NCBI GenBank assembly: GCA_947631435.1
Contig: CANRLM010000002.1
Coordinates: 6,522 to 70,521, forward strand
From: an uncultured Akkermansia sp.
GTDB taxonomy: Bacteria > Verrucomicrobiota > Verrucomicrobiia > Verrucomicrobiales > Akkermansiaceae
Direction: 5' to 3'
DNA length: 64,000 nt
In this document: one piece after another, positions 34,497 to 44,787 of the stretch
Layout of the letters: the number at the start of each line of letters is the position of its first letter
Numbering within the stretch: position 1 is the first letter of the stretch
Program-made: the position numbers and the translations under genes
The notes under the pieces: generated by a model
What the model was told of the DNA's origin: nothing
What the model saw: only the letters and a program-made list of their open reading frames with translations
Databases searched by the model: none

Positions 34497-35285
34497 ATGA
34501 ACATCGAGCAGTTATACAGCGCCGGAGATTTACAAGGGTTGCATCGAGCGGCTGCGGCTCAGGTGGCGGCGGCTCCCACCGATGCGTCGGCTCGTGCTCT
34601 GTTTGTGCAAGTGCTTTGCATGGAGTGTGAATGGGAGCGTGCCGCTCAGCAGGCTGATGCTCTCCTGAAACTCAACCCGGCATCCGCTATGTTCTGCACC
34701 ACGCTTACGGGGCTTATTGCCGCGGAGAAGCAACGTGAATCTTACTTTGCCGGGCAATCGCGTCCTGATTGGGTGGGCGCACCGCCGGCCTACGCCGAAA
34801 AGTTGGCGCAGGCTGTCGCCGCTTTTGCTGCCGGCAATGCTGTCTCCGGGTCGACAGCCTGCATGGAAGTGTTGGATGCACTACCGAGTATCGGAGTCAC
34901 GCTGACAGATGGGACCCATCGGGACTGGTTGTTAGATGGTGATGCGCGGTTGAGCGGAGTGCTGGAGTGCATCTGCGACGGACAGTACAAGCTTGTGGAT
35001 CAGGCGGAGGTGCAGAGTGTGGAGATAGCGACACCTACGCACCCCGTGGAGGTTGTGTGGCCGCACGTGAGACTGCGTTTCCGAGGGGGAGAGATTTTGG
35101 TCGGACGAATGCCCGGGCGCTACCCTCACGGTGGTGAGAGTGATGGCAAATTGCTCATGGCAAAAGAGACGGAGTGGCAGGAGTGTGCGGATGGACTCTA
35201 CGTGGGGAAGGGGCAGCGGTGTTGGAATTCGGATGATGGGCTGCACCCAATTTTCACTGAGAAGAGTCTCAAGTTTGATTCGTAA
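34497..35285 (+). CDS. tagJ: T6SS accessory protein TagJ/ImpE
   Basis: APTDASARALFVQVLCMECEWERAAQQ, WLLDGDARLSGVLE, ETEWQE...LYVGKGQR match the ImpE family pattern. Confidence 0.85.
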   Translation: MNIEQLYSAGDLQGLHRAAAAQVAAAPTDASARALFVQVLCMECEWERAAQQADALLKLNPASAMFCTTLTGLIAAEKQRESYFAGQSRPDWVGAPPAYAEKLAQAVAAFAAGNAVSGSTACMEVLDALPSIGVTLTDGTHRDWLLDGDARLSGVLECICDGQYKLVDQAEVQSVEIATPTHPVEVVWPHVRLRFRGGEILVGRMPGRYPHGGESDGKLLMAKETEWQECADGLYVGKGQRCWNSDDGLHPIFTEKSLKFDS

Positions 35286-35301
35286 GAGGTAAGGGGTAGA
35301 A

Positions 35302-35811
35302 ATGCCGGTTGCAACCAATCAGCCAAGCTCGCGGAAGTATTTGCCTTGTCTTCTCACGAGGCTCACGGATGAGCAGCCCTTTTCCGAGACGGATGAAGGG
35401 TATGATCATGTGTATTCTCCTGAACAACTCAAGAGCGACATCCTGTTGAATATGGAGATGCTGCTCAATTCTCATACGGCCCCTGCGGAAACCGAGTATC
35501 TCACAAAGAAATATCCGGAAGTCGCTGCATCCGGCTACCATTATGGCATTGATTCCTGCGCCGGAAATGTGGTGACAGCGGAGCGCTCCGAGATCATAGC
35601 GCAAAGGGTGCGCCGAGCTATCGAGCTTTTTGAACCCCGCCTGGACGCAGAGGAGACTCACGTGGTCGTGCGGGATGATTACTCAAAACATGATAAAACA
35701 GCGGTCCATCTGGATATCTTCAGCAGGTTGGCCGTACGACCACTGGATCAGGAGGTGTTTTTCCGCCTGCGTGTCGATGTGGAGACCGGTAAAACAACAA
35801 TGAATCCGTAG
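35302..35811 (+). CDS. tssE: T6SS baseplate gp25-like subunit
   Basis: PCLLTRLTDEQP, LLNS, RRAIELFEPRL. Confidence 0.85.
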   Translation: MPVATNQPSSRKYLPCLLTRLTDEQPFSETDEGYDHVYSPEQLKSDILLNMEMLLNSHTAPAETEYLTKKYPEVAASGYHYGIDSCAGNVVTAERSEIIAQRVRRAIELFEPRLDAEETHVVVRDDYSKHDKTAVHLDIFSRLAVRPLDQEVFFRLRVDVETGKTTMNP

Positions 35812-35826
35812 GGGTGCAGGTGAACG

Positions 35827-37572
35827 ATGGATGATGAGTTTCTCAGGTATTATGAGAATGAGCTCGACGATCTTCGCCGCGCGTCCAGGCGCTTTGCTGC
35901 AGAGTATCCTAAGGTAGCCCGGCGTTTGCAGCTTGGCGAGGGAGAAAGCCCCGACCCATATGTTGAACGCCTGCTGGAAGGGGTGGCTTTTCTGACGGCA
36001 CGTATTGCTCGCAAAATGGACGATGGGCTGGAGGAGTTCCCGGAAGAGATACTCAACCGCATTGCCCCGGAATACAACGCGCCGGTGGCTTCCCGAGCGG
36101 TCATTCAGATCACCCCGGATGCGGAAACTTCCCATTTGCCGACCGGCTTCGTATTCAAGGTGCCGACTTCATTGCCGGAAAAGACAGCATGCAGCTATGC
36201 CTTGCGTGAGGACGTGACGTTTAATGGACTCCAGGTCCTGAGGACGCGTTACACAGAGACCGAACTGCTGCCTGTTGCGCGCAGGCATGGAGTGGGGGCT
36301 GTCGGAGGCGTGGAACTGGTTCTGCAGTGCACGCATGGGAGTGGTGAAGATGTCCGGTTTTTCGTGAATCTTCCGGAATCTGCGGCAGGCGTTCTGATGC
36401 ATGCTTTGCTGACGGATTGTTCCGGTGTTCTCCTTCGATGCGGGGAAGAGGAACGCATTTTGCCGGCTTCCGTGCTCACGGAGGATCTGATGGAATCGCC
36501 GGACGGCGGGTTGTCCCCGATCGCTGAATATTTCCTTCTGCCTGAACAACAGGCGTTTTTGTCCATCCGTGGACTACGGAGTATGTTGCCGACTGCCGGA
36601 GAGTGTTCTGTCGTGTTTATGCTGCGCAAAGCCTTGCCGGAACGCCTGCGACTGCTGCTGCAGGAAGCCCCGGCTCTACAGACGAATTGTGCGCGAGTCA
36701 TCAATGCTTTCGAGCGGCGTATGGATCGCGTGATCTCGTCGTGGAGGGACGCAGAGCATCTGGTGGCAGATGCTACGGCAGCCTCGGATTACGAAGTTTT
36801 ACAGGTGTACAGGGGAGCCGCGTACACGGAGGAAAATGAAAAGCTTTTTGATATCTATCCTTTTTACACAACGAGTGATGAATCAATGCCCACCGGGGAA
36901 GAGCGACTCGACTATATGAGTTTGCACCGCGCGCGTTCCATTGCTCCGCCCCGCGGTCGCTTGAGTTCGTACGTCGGAAGTGAAGCCTATCTGCGCTTCT
37001 CCGGTCCTGGCTACACAAAATACCGTGATATGATTGGCAGTATCAGCGTGAGCGGTCTCTGCTCCAATCGAGATCTCCCGCTCTTCGTACGAAAAGATAG
37101 CACGCTGACAGCTCCCGGCGCTACAGCCAGGTTCCTGAGCGGTCCCACACCACCCCAGGGCACGCTACTCCGGGACGCGGCGCGCTGGGTGGGGCTGACT
37201 CTGGCGAGACTGAATCCCGGCACACTGGCCGCCTATGGCAGTGATGCTCTGCCGGGTGTTTTGCGCATGTTGCTGGAGCATCAGCATAGCGGTTTACAAG
37301 CTGCGCAGCAACTCATTCAAGGCATCGAAACGGCAAAAATAGACACGACAACGCGTACGGTGGCGGTGCAGGGCGATTTGTGCGTTGTGCGCGGGTGGCG
37401 TATCCACATAGGGCTTAATGATAAGGTGTACGGCGATAGCATGTACATGTTTGCCCGGAGTTTGGCAGCATGGTTGCTGGAGCTTTGTGAGCTGAATAGT
37501 TTTATCGAAGTGTGTATTAGTGCATCGACTCACCCCCTCCACTCATGGTTCCGACAAGCAGCAAAAGCGTGA
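35827..37572 (+). CDS. tssF: T6SS baseplate subunit
   Basis: FLRYYENELDDLR, FAAEYPKVARRL, DPYVERLLEGVAFLTARI, EYFLLPEQ, LCSNRDLP. Confidence 0.92.
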   Translation: MDDEFLRYYENELDDLRRASRRFAAEYPKVARRLQLGEGESPDPYVERLLEGVAFLTARIARKMDDGLEEFPEEILNRIAPEYNAPVASRAVIQITPDAETSHLPTGFVFKVPTSLPEKTACSYALREDVTFNGLQVLRTRYTETELLPVARRHGVGAVGGVELVLQCTHGSGEDVRFFVNLPESAAGVLMHALLTDCSGVLLRCGEEERILPASVLTEDLMESPDGGLSPIAEYFLLPEQQAFLSIRGLRSMLPTAGECSVVFMLRKALPERLRLLLQEAPALQTNCARVINAFERRMDRVISSWRDAEHLVADATAASDYEVLQVYRGAAYTEENEKLFDIYPFYTTSDESMPTGEERLDYMSLHRARSIAPPRGRLSSYVGSEAYLRFSGPGYTKYRDMIGSISVSGLCSNRDLPLFVRKDSTLTAPGATARFLSGPTPPQGTLLRDAARWVGLTLARLNPGTLAAYGSDALPGVLRMLLEHQHSGLQAAQQLIQGIETAKIDTTTRTVAVQGDLCVVRGWRIHIGLNDKVYGDSMYMFARSLAAWLLELCELNSFIEVCISASTHPLHSWFRQAAKA

Positions 37573-38546
37573 AGGGTGACTTCACGCGGGCACTGGCGTC
37601 CCGATCGGGCGCCTATTCATTCTACGCCGCGGTGCGTAGAATGGAGCAGTTGCTTCCCGACAGACCGCGCGTAGGCGAGCCTGTGGCCGGGCAGGAACCG
37701 GTTATGCGCTTTGCGCAGATTCCTCATCTCCAATTTCCTCCTTCAGAGATCTATGATGTCGTACTCGGAGGAGGGCAAGTGAGCACGATGCAGGTGTACT
37801 CCTTTGGTCTGTTTGGTCCCAATGGGGCCTTGCCGTTGGCTCTCACTGAGTACGCTTATGAGCGAAGCCGACATTTTTACGACTTATCCATGCAGCGTTT
37901 TCTGGACATATTCCATGATCGCCTTATTGCTCTTTTTTACCGCGGCGGCACACGAGCTCAGCCGGCAGTGAGCTATGACAACGCTCAACGAGATTTCCTG
38001 AGTCGTGCGGCAGAGAGGCTCTGCGGTATGCCTCGGGTCCGGACTTCTTCTCCCCTGCCGTCCCTGGCGTCTGTGGCGTATGCGAGGGAATTGGCGCACA
38101 AGGGGGAAGCGCGCAGCGTGTGCAAACTGCTGGAAAAGTTTTTCAAAGTGCCTGTGCGGTTGCGTCAATTTGTGCCGGGCTTCATGCGCATTGGCGAGGG
38201 AAGGCATTGCCGACTGGGGAAGCCGGGAGTCTGTGAGCTGGGTCATACCACCATACTTGGCAGTAAGCAGCGCAGCATCACGGATCGGGTAGACGTGGTG
38301 ATCGGTCCTGTCAGCTACACGCAGTTTCAGCGGCTGGCGCCCGGCGGCAAAAGCTATGCAAGGATGATCGCGTGGCTCAAGATGATGGGACAACGCCCTC
38401 TGCACTGGGAGCTGGTGTTCCAGGTGAAAACGGATGGGATGCCCCCATTAAGGCTGGGTCAGAATACCGGATTGGGTTGTGATACGCTCATGCCGACTGA
38501 ATCTTCTCATATGATGGAATGTCGCATCAAATGCGCTTTTTTATAA
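37569..38546 (+). CDS. tssG: T6SS baseplate subunit
   Basis: YSFYAAVRRME, FGLFGPNGALPL, RFLDIFHDRLIALFYR, FFKVPVRLRQFVP. GTG start overlaps the tssF TGA (alternative ATG at 37545). Confidence 0.9.
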   Translation: MKGDFTRALASRSGAYSFYAAVRRMEQLLPDRPRVGEPVAGQEPVMRFAQIPHLQFPPSEIYDVVLGGGQVSTMQVYSFGLFGPNGALPLALTEYAYERSRHFYDLSMQRFLDIFHDRLIALFYRGGTRAQPAVSYDNAQRDFLSRAAERLCGMPRVRTSSPLPSLASVAYARELAHKGEARSVCKLLEKFFKVPVRLRQFVPGFMRIGEGRHCRLGKPGVCELGHTTILGSKQRSITDRVDVVIGPVSYTQFQRLAPGGKSYARMIAWLKMMGQRPLHWELVFQVKTDGMPPLRLGQNTGLGCDTLMPTESSHMMECRIKCAFL

Positions 38547-38567
38547 ACCTGCAATACAATCAAAACC

Positions 38568-41222
38568 ATGGCTGAAATCAAACGCAGCGAACTGTTCGGA
38601 AAACTTGATGATGTCGCCTACAAGGCCATCGAGAGTGCCACCGTATTCTGCAAGATGAGGGGAAATCCCTATGTAGAACTCTTGCACTGGATCAACCAGA
38701 TCATTGCAACGGATGAGACGGATATCCACCTCATTCTTCGCCACTTTGAGGTGGACAACTCGCGCCTGGCTGCGGATCTGACGAAAGCCATGGAGGCTCT
38801 TCCGCGCGGTGCGACGAGTATCCGCGATTTCTCCCCGCAAATTGAGCTGGCCATCAAGGAAGCCTGGATGCTCGCTACGCTCATGTTCAAGCGGGGCGCC
38901 ATCCGCACGGGGGACCTGCTGCTCGCCTGCATGCGCACCGGAGAGCTGAAGCGCGCGTTGCTCGATATCTCGACACAGTTTTCCAAGGTGAAGGCCGAGG
39001 AGCTCTCCGATCATTTCTATTCCATCACCACCGGCAGCCGGGAGGAAAGCTCGAGTCCCGCGGACGGTTCGGGGCTGGCGACCTCTGAGGTGGGTACAGA
39101 AAACGGGGCCATGGCGCCCGCTGAGATGGGCAAACAACAAGCTCTCAAACAATACTGCACCGATCTCACTGAGGAAGCTCGCCAGGGTAGAATCGATCCC
39201 GTGGTGGGCAGGGATGCGGAGGTGCGGCGCATCATCGATATCCTGCTGCGCCGTCGACAGAACAATCCTATCCTCACCGGTGAAGCGGGCGTAGGGAAGA
39301 CTGCCGTGGTGGAAGGGTTGGCTCTGCGGATTGCCTCCGGCGATATCCCGGATATGCTCAAGAATGTGCGCCTGCTTTCGCTGGATTTGCAAGGGCTCCA
39401 AGCCGGCGCCTCCATGCGCGGAGAGTTTGAAAATCGCTTGAAGCAGGTGATTGATGAAGTGAAGGCATCGGACGTGCCCATCATCATGTTCATTGATGAG
39501 GCGCATAATCTGGTAGGGGCGGGCGGCACAGCGGGGCAGGGGGATGCAGCGAACCTGCTCAAACCCGCATTGGCACGCGGCTCTTTCCGCTGCATAGCCG
39601 CCACCACGTGGAGCGAGTACAAAAAATACTTCGAGAAGGATCCGGCCCTCACACGACGCTTCCAGAACATTCTCATTGAAGAGCCGGATGACGAGAAGGC
39701 TCACCTCATGATGATTGCGGTGGGACGCGTGATGGCGAAGCATCACAATATCCTGATTTTGGACGAAGCGTTGCGGGCTGCCGTGTCGCTTTCCCGACGC
39801 TACTTGCCCACGCGGCAGCTGCCGGATAAAGCTGTGAGCTTGCTTGATACTGCGGCAGCACGTGTTGCCTTCACGCAGAGCAGTGAACCGGCGGAGGTAG
39901 AAGATCTGCGCCGACAGTTGGAAGGGATCGATTCCCAGATTACCGTTCTGGAGAAGGAGTCCAAAGTAGGCATGGATCGTCAGGAGGCGCTCGCTGCCCT
40001 GCAACAAAAAAAGAAGGAACTCACAACACAGCATGATGCGCGTCTCGCAGATTGGAAGAAGGAGAAGGAACTGGTGGCTCGTGTGGTGGAGCTGCGAAAC
40101 AAACTGCAGGATGAGGAACTTCCGAAGAAGGATGCAACGTCTCTCCGTAAGGAACTCAAGGATGCAGAGGAGAAATTGGCTGCTCTCCAGGGAGAAACTC
40201 CGTTGGTGTTGCCCCAGGTGGATGCTCAGGCGATCGCTGCTATCATCAGCGAGTGGACAGGCATCCCGGCCGGGCGGATGGTGAGCAACGAGTTGGAAAA
40301 TGTTTTGCACCTCTCCGAGCACCTCGCAGAGCGCGTCGTTGGGCAGGATCATGGGCTGCGTATCATTGCGGACAGGATCCTGAGCGCGCGCGCTTCTCTG
40401 GCCGATCCGGAGAAGCCGATAGCCGTCCTCATGTTGGCAGGCCCCAGCGGTGTGGGCAAGACGGAAACGGCCCTCGCTCTCGCTGAAGCTCTCTACGGCG
40501 GCGAGCAAAACCTCATCACCATCAACATGAGCGAATTCCAGGAGGCGCACACGGTATCTACTCTGAAGGGAGCGCCTCCGGGGTATGTGGGCTATGGCGA
40601 GGGCGGTGTGCTTACCGAAGCCGTGCGTCGCAAACCGTACTCCGTGGTGCTTCTCGATGAAGTGGAGAAGGCTCATAAGGACGTGCACGAGATATTCTTC
40701 CAGGTGTTTGACAAGGGTCGTATGGAGGATGGAGAAGGACGCCTGATCGATTTCCGCAACACGATTATCCTGCTGACCACCAATGTCGGTACCGATGAGA
40801 TGATGAGCCTGTGCGCTGATCCGGAGCTGATGCCGAGCGCCGAAGCTGTGGAACAGGCCATGCACGAGGCCATGCTCAAGGTGTTCCCGCCGGCTCTGCT
40901 CGGGCGTATCGTCACCATTCCGTACTACCCGCTCTCTCAGGAGGTGATGAGCAAGATCATAGGCCTGAAACTCGGCAAGGTGGCCCGTCGTTTGAGGACA
41001 GGCTACGGGGCGGAACTCGTGTGGGGAGAGGACCTCACGCGCTACGTCATGGAACAGGCGAAACGGGCCGACGCCGGGGCGCGTATTATCGACAACATTA
41101 TCACGCATTCGATTCTTCCCCGTCTCAGCTCGCTCATGCTCCGCTCCGTTCTGGAACAGAAAAATTACGCGAAAGTTACCCTCACCATCAAAGACAACGC
41201 GATAGAAGTGCAGCCGTCTTAA
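38568..41222 (+). CDS. tssH: T6SS AAA+ ATPase ClpV
   Basis: ClpV N-terminus (LFGKLDDVAYKAIESATVFCKMRGNPYVEL); two Walker A motifs (GEAGVGKT, GPSGVGKT). Confidence 0.97.
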   Translation: MAEIKRSELFGKLDDVAYKAIESATVFCKMRGNPYVELLHWINQIIATDETDIHLILRHFEVDNSRLAADLTKAMEALPRGATSIRDFSPQIELAIKEAWMLATLMFKRGAIRTGDLLLACMRTGELKRALLDISTQFSKVKAEELSDHFYSITTGSREESSSPADGSGLATSEVGTENGAMAPAEMGKQQALKQYCTDLTEEARQGRIDPVVGRDAEVRRIIDILLRRRQNNPILTGEAGVGKTAVVEGLALRIASGDIPDMLKNVRLLSLDLQGLQAGASMRGEFENRLKQVIDEVKASDVPIIMFIDEAHNLVGAGGTAGQGDAANLLKPALARGSFRCIAATTWSEYKKYFEKDPALTRRFQNILIEEPDDEKAHLMMIAVGRVMAKHHNILILDEALRAAVSLSRRYLPTRQLPDKAVSLLDTAAARVAFTQSSEPAEVEDLRRQLEGIDSQITVLEKESKVGMDRQEALAALQQKKKELTTQHDARLADWKKEKELVARVVELRNKLQDEELPKKDATSLRKELKDAEEKLAALQGETPLVLPQVDAQAIAAIISEWTGIPAGRMVSNELENVLHLSEHLAERVVGQDHGLRIIADRILSARASLADPEKPIAVLMLAGPSGVGKTETALALAEALYGGEQNLITINMSEFQEAHTVSTLKGAPPGYVGYGEGGVLTEAVRRKPYSVVLLDEVEKAHKDVHEIFFQVFDKGRMEDGEGRLIDFRNTIILLTTNVGTDEMMSLCADPELMPSAEAVEQAMHEAMLKVFPPALLGRIVTIPYYPLSQEVMSKIIGLKLGKVARRLRTGYGAELVWGEDLTRYVMEQAKRADAGARIIDNIITHSILPRLSSLMLRSVLEQKNYAKVTLTIKDNAIEVQPS

Positions 41223-41295
41223 TTCTGAGCGGGAGGGATAACATCCCCCCACCGGTTCAGAGAACCCGGTATGACCGAAATGCCAAGCGAGAACC

Positions 41296-44200
41296 ATGAT
41301 ATACACGATAGAGATCAAACAGATTGATGGGAAAGACCCGGAGCCGACCCTTTCAGCCTTGCGCATCATTGAGGGGTGTGAGGAGATGTCTTCGCTGTAT
41401 CGCTATGAGGTGCTCATCCGGGATACATCTATGGGGGACGATAGTGAGGCTAAGATGCGGGAATACTTGGGCAAGAGAGTCTTGCTGGTCGTGTCGTCCG
41501 CCAAGGACAAAATCGACAAGGCTTCCGCTCAGGAAATTCAACGCGTGGCAGGCGTTGTGATGTCGATCGAATCGACAACGGAAGCCACGACATTGTCCGA
41601 GAACGCCGCCTGGTATAAGTGGACGATACGTCCCGCGCTGGCATGCGCGTGTTACTCGAAGAACCGCCTCGTGTACACGAGGGAGTCACTTGAATTAGAT
41701 TCAAGCAATAAGGGTCAATCCCCCGTATTGGCATTTTTCCGGCGCCTCGGAGAATGCTGGGATACGGATGTGCAAGTGTCGGACAACGCCCAGAAGAGGC
41801 TTGCAGCGGATGCACGAATTCAATGGGTGCAAAATGATGAAAGCGACTACGATTTCATGAGTCGGTTGGCCTCCGCGTGGGGGCTGGCTTATGTGTGGGA
41901 AGTTCCGAAAGATGCAAAGAAGGAGCGGATGATTGTCTTTGATGCACTCAGCGAGTCCGACTCGCGATTGCAGGAAGGGAATCCTGTTCAAATTGGCATC
42001 AGCTCAGCGAAAACGCGCTTCTGGAGCAAACACTATGGGACGCAGGACTTTGCGAAAGATGAGCTCAAACTGCAACTGTACGGCGATGGGAATGAAGTGA
42101 CGAATTCCGTGAAGTTCAGTTCCTATGAGCTGGGGAACATCCTGATGAAAAAACTTACGAACGATGACCTGACTCATCGCGAGGCTGTTTTGCGCGCGGT
42201 TCATGATAACCGCGGTGGTTGCTTTGGCCTCTATTACCATGGAAACAGTGATTCTGCCCTCCCCGTGATCGGCAGGGAAGTGCATTTCAAGGTGGCCGCG
42301 AGGAAGGACGGCGGATTGCAATGCAGCCCATCCACCCGCTATATGCTCACCAAGATGAAAATTCAGGTGACGCAGAACACATGGCAGGCTGAGGTGGAGG
42401 GAACGCATATCGATGAAGCCCGACAGCCCAAGTGCCTCTGCCTGCTGCCACGTCCGGTGATTGTCAATAATCACGCACCCGGGACGGCAGATATGCTGAC
42501 ATCCGGGGAAAATGGACCGATGCCTAAGATGCGTCTGTTCGTGGCGCAGGTGGTGGATACCGCCCCCTTTTCGTACGAAGAAGAAAAGAAACGCGTCACC
42601 GAGAACACTTGCAAGGTACGGGAAATAGCTCCGTTGAAGTACACGGGTGCAGGACAAGAGTCCATCTCGTTTGCTAATGAAATTGTGGTGGAACTCGGTT
42701 CCCCCTTCGCGGACAAAAACAGCGGATTGCTCGCACGCCCGAGGGTCGGGAATGTGCTGGTGTGTCTCGACCGGGGTGATTTCAGTCTGCCCATTGCCAT
42801 CAGCTCCCTGTATCGCGACCAAAATGCGTCCCCCTTTGTCGAGCTCAAGACGATGGAGCGTCATACGCTCAAGGAACAGGATGATGTTGCTGATTACTCG
42901 GCTGTCACCCTGCGCAACCGCGTGCAGCTTCCGCCGCGCAAGTACCAGGGAGACACCAAGGAATCTCCGGCGCAGGATGCGGACCTCACCGATACCGAAA
43001 AGAACTCTGAACCCGCCGGAGTGACCCGTCCGCTCTCCGTGGATGAATTGGCCGAGGGTAAGTATCCCTTCCACCAGATCCAGATGGTCACGCGCGACAA
43101 CGGCGTGCGTCCCGTGCAGCAAAACAAGGACATCACCAACACCTACATCTCCAGCGATGTCATCGAAACGGCTGCCGGAGTTTTCTCTGAGGCCAATATG
43201 TCTTCCGGTTACACCATGGAATCGGTGGCTAACGACATCCAGCAGAATCTCAATGCCCCCGTTACGCGTCCCCATTTTGAAGGAGTGAATGTGTACTCCG
43301 CCAAGGATGTGCTGATACAGTCCGCCGACCACCAGATCGTGAACGCGGGAGGCGAAATCGTCCTCACATCGGCTCAGGCGATCACGTTCCGTGTGGGGCG
43401 CTCCTCCATCAAGATCACGGAGAGCGGCATTGAGATGACGAGTGCGTGCGGCAAGGTGCTCAACTCGGGGGCCTATGCGGCGTACAATCCTGAAGGAAAA
43501 CAGCAGACCGAGCACCTCATGGGCATTAAAACGGGGGGACTCCTGGGCGGCAGAATTCGCATCGACGGCAGCGGGGTGAACATCAAGGGCCCCTACATTA
43601 GCAATATGGCCACCAATGTCTTCATGGCGCAGACTTTCCTCGGTTCTACGCTCACGATCACGGATCTAAGTGCGAGTCTCGTGGCGCCGAAAACCACGGT
43701 AGTCGGCGGGGCGGCCATCCATGACTCCGTCTTCAATGGCGCCCTCAACTTAATCTTTTCAGGGGTTGATGCGAAGAGCCTCCTCGGCACCTCCCTCATC
43801 TACAGCGATGAATTGCAGGATGGCAACCGCGTGTACGGCATATCCAGCTCAGATTTGTTGGGCAGCGCCGCCGGCGGCATCGTCAAGACCATCACGACCG
43901 TTACTGGACTTGTCGGCAACATTCTGGACGGCGGCATAGCCAACCTCATGAAACCGACGGGAAGCATGGTGAAAATGGAACCTGCCACTCTCACCCTGTC
44001 ATCTGCAACCTGCGTGAACTATGCGAATGAGCATCTCACCGTCAATACCCCAATAGCCGGTTTTATTGCCATGGGCGAGCGAAGCAGCGTTTCCGGCGGG
44101 ATGAACACGTTCGCCAGTCTGACCTCAGATGTGGATAAGGTAGTAAGTGGGGTAGCAGCGGTGGGTGTACCACTGATTGCCGGAGGCGCAGGCGCGCTGA

Positions 44201-44772
44201 TAGGTTCGGCGCTCAAGGACAAACTCAACAAGGTGAACGAAACGGCAGACACCTACACAGAGCCTTTCGGCAATAAGAAGCCGAAAATGAAATGCCGAGA
44301 CTCGAAGAATGGCCGCACACCGATGCTTATCCTGGGTGGGGTTGGCGCCGCGTTAGGCACTGCCGTAGTGGTGACGCTGGGAATAGTCGTGGGAGGATTC
44401 ACAAAAATACTCTCAGGATTATCCAACATCTTGTTCCTGGGCAAAGAGCACAAAATCGTCGGCACCAAAACAGTACAACAACTGAACGAGAGAGTAACTA
44501 CCGTGGGACGTCAGACGACTGCCATTTCTTCAAGAAGACAGGCAATAAGAGCCAACGGCGCTGCTGCAGTACAAAATAACGCCGCCGTGAATGCCACCGG
44601 CAACTCCTTGCTGGAACAGGAGCAAATTATTCACAGCCAAGGTGAAATCGTCAGTGCTACGCATGCAGCAATCGGTATTCAAACTACGAATGGGTGTGAA
44701 ACCACCGTCAATGCACAAGTCAGTGGCACAAGTGCCGTGGATATACAGACCGGTGTGCATATACAAAACTAA
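41296..44772 (+). CDS. vgrG: Divergent VgrG spike protein (1158 aa) with a hydrophobic C-terminal extension
   Basis: EEMSSLYRYEV start, QNDESDYDFMSRLASAWGLAY (QYxESDxxFxxRL motif), PRVGNVLVCLDRGDFSLP (gp5-N OB motif), DUF2345-like TFRVGRSSIKITESGIEM. Confidence 0.8.
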   Translation: MIYTIEIKQIDGKDPEPTLSALRIIEGCEEMSSLYRYEVLIRDTSMGDDSEAKMREYLGKRVLLVVSSAKDKIDKASAQEIQRVAGVVMSIESTTEATTLSENAAWYKWTIRPALACACYSKNRLVYTRESLELDSSNKGQSPVLAFFRRLGECWDTDVQVSDNAQKRLAADARIQWVQNDESDYDFMSRLASAWGLAYVWEVPKDAKKERMIVFDALSESDSRLQEGNPVQIGISSAKTRFWSKHYGTQDFAKDELKLQLYGDGNEVTNSVKFSSYELGNILMKKLTNDDLTHREAVLRAVHDNRGGCFGLYYHGNSDSALPVIGREVHFKVAARKDGGLQCSPSTRYMLTKMKIQVTQNTWQAEVEGTHIDEARQPKCLCLLPRPVIVNNHAPGTADMLTSGENGPMPKMRLFVAQVVDTAPFSYEEEKKRVTENTCKVREIAPLKYTGAGQESISFANEIVVELGSPFADKNSGLLARPRVGNVLVCLDRGDFSLPIAISSLYRDQNASPFVELKTMERHTLKEQDDVADYSAVTLRNRVQLPPRKYQGDTKESPAQDADLTDTEKNSEPAGVTRPLSVDELAEGKYPFHQIQMVTRDNGVRPVQQNKDITNTYISSDVIETAAGVFSEANMSSGYTMESVANDIQQNLNAPVTRPHFEGVNVYSAKDVLIQSADHQIVNAGGEIVLTSAQAITFRVGRSSIKITESGIEMTSACGKVLNSGAYAAYNPEGKQQTEHLMGIKTGGLLGGRIRIDGSGVNIKGPYISNMATNVFMAQTFLGSTLTITDLSASLVAPKTTVVGGAAIHDSVFNGALNLIFSGVDAKSLLGTSLIYSDELQDGNRVYGISSSDLLGSAAGGIVKTITTVTGLVGNILDGGIANLMKPTGSMVKMEPATLTLSSATCVNYANEHLTVNTPIAGFIAMGERSSVSGGMNTFASLTSDVDKVVSGVAAVGVPLIAGGAGALIGSALKDKLNKVNETADTYTEPFGNKKPKMKCRDSKNGRTPMLILGGVGAALGTAVVVTLGIVVGGFTKILSGLSNILFLGKEHKIVGTKTVQQLNERVTTVGRQTTAISSRRQAIRANGAAAVQNNAAVNATGNSLLEQEQIIHSQGEIVSATHAAIGIQTTNGCETTVNAQVSGTSAVDIQTGVHIQN

Positions 44773-44787
44773 ACAACCGAAAAAACG

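Noticed and set aside
38541-43515. 942-aa and 503-aa minus-strand ORFs opposite clpV and vgrG
   Set aside because: Antisense shadow ORFs with no motifs.
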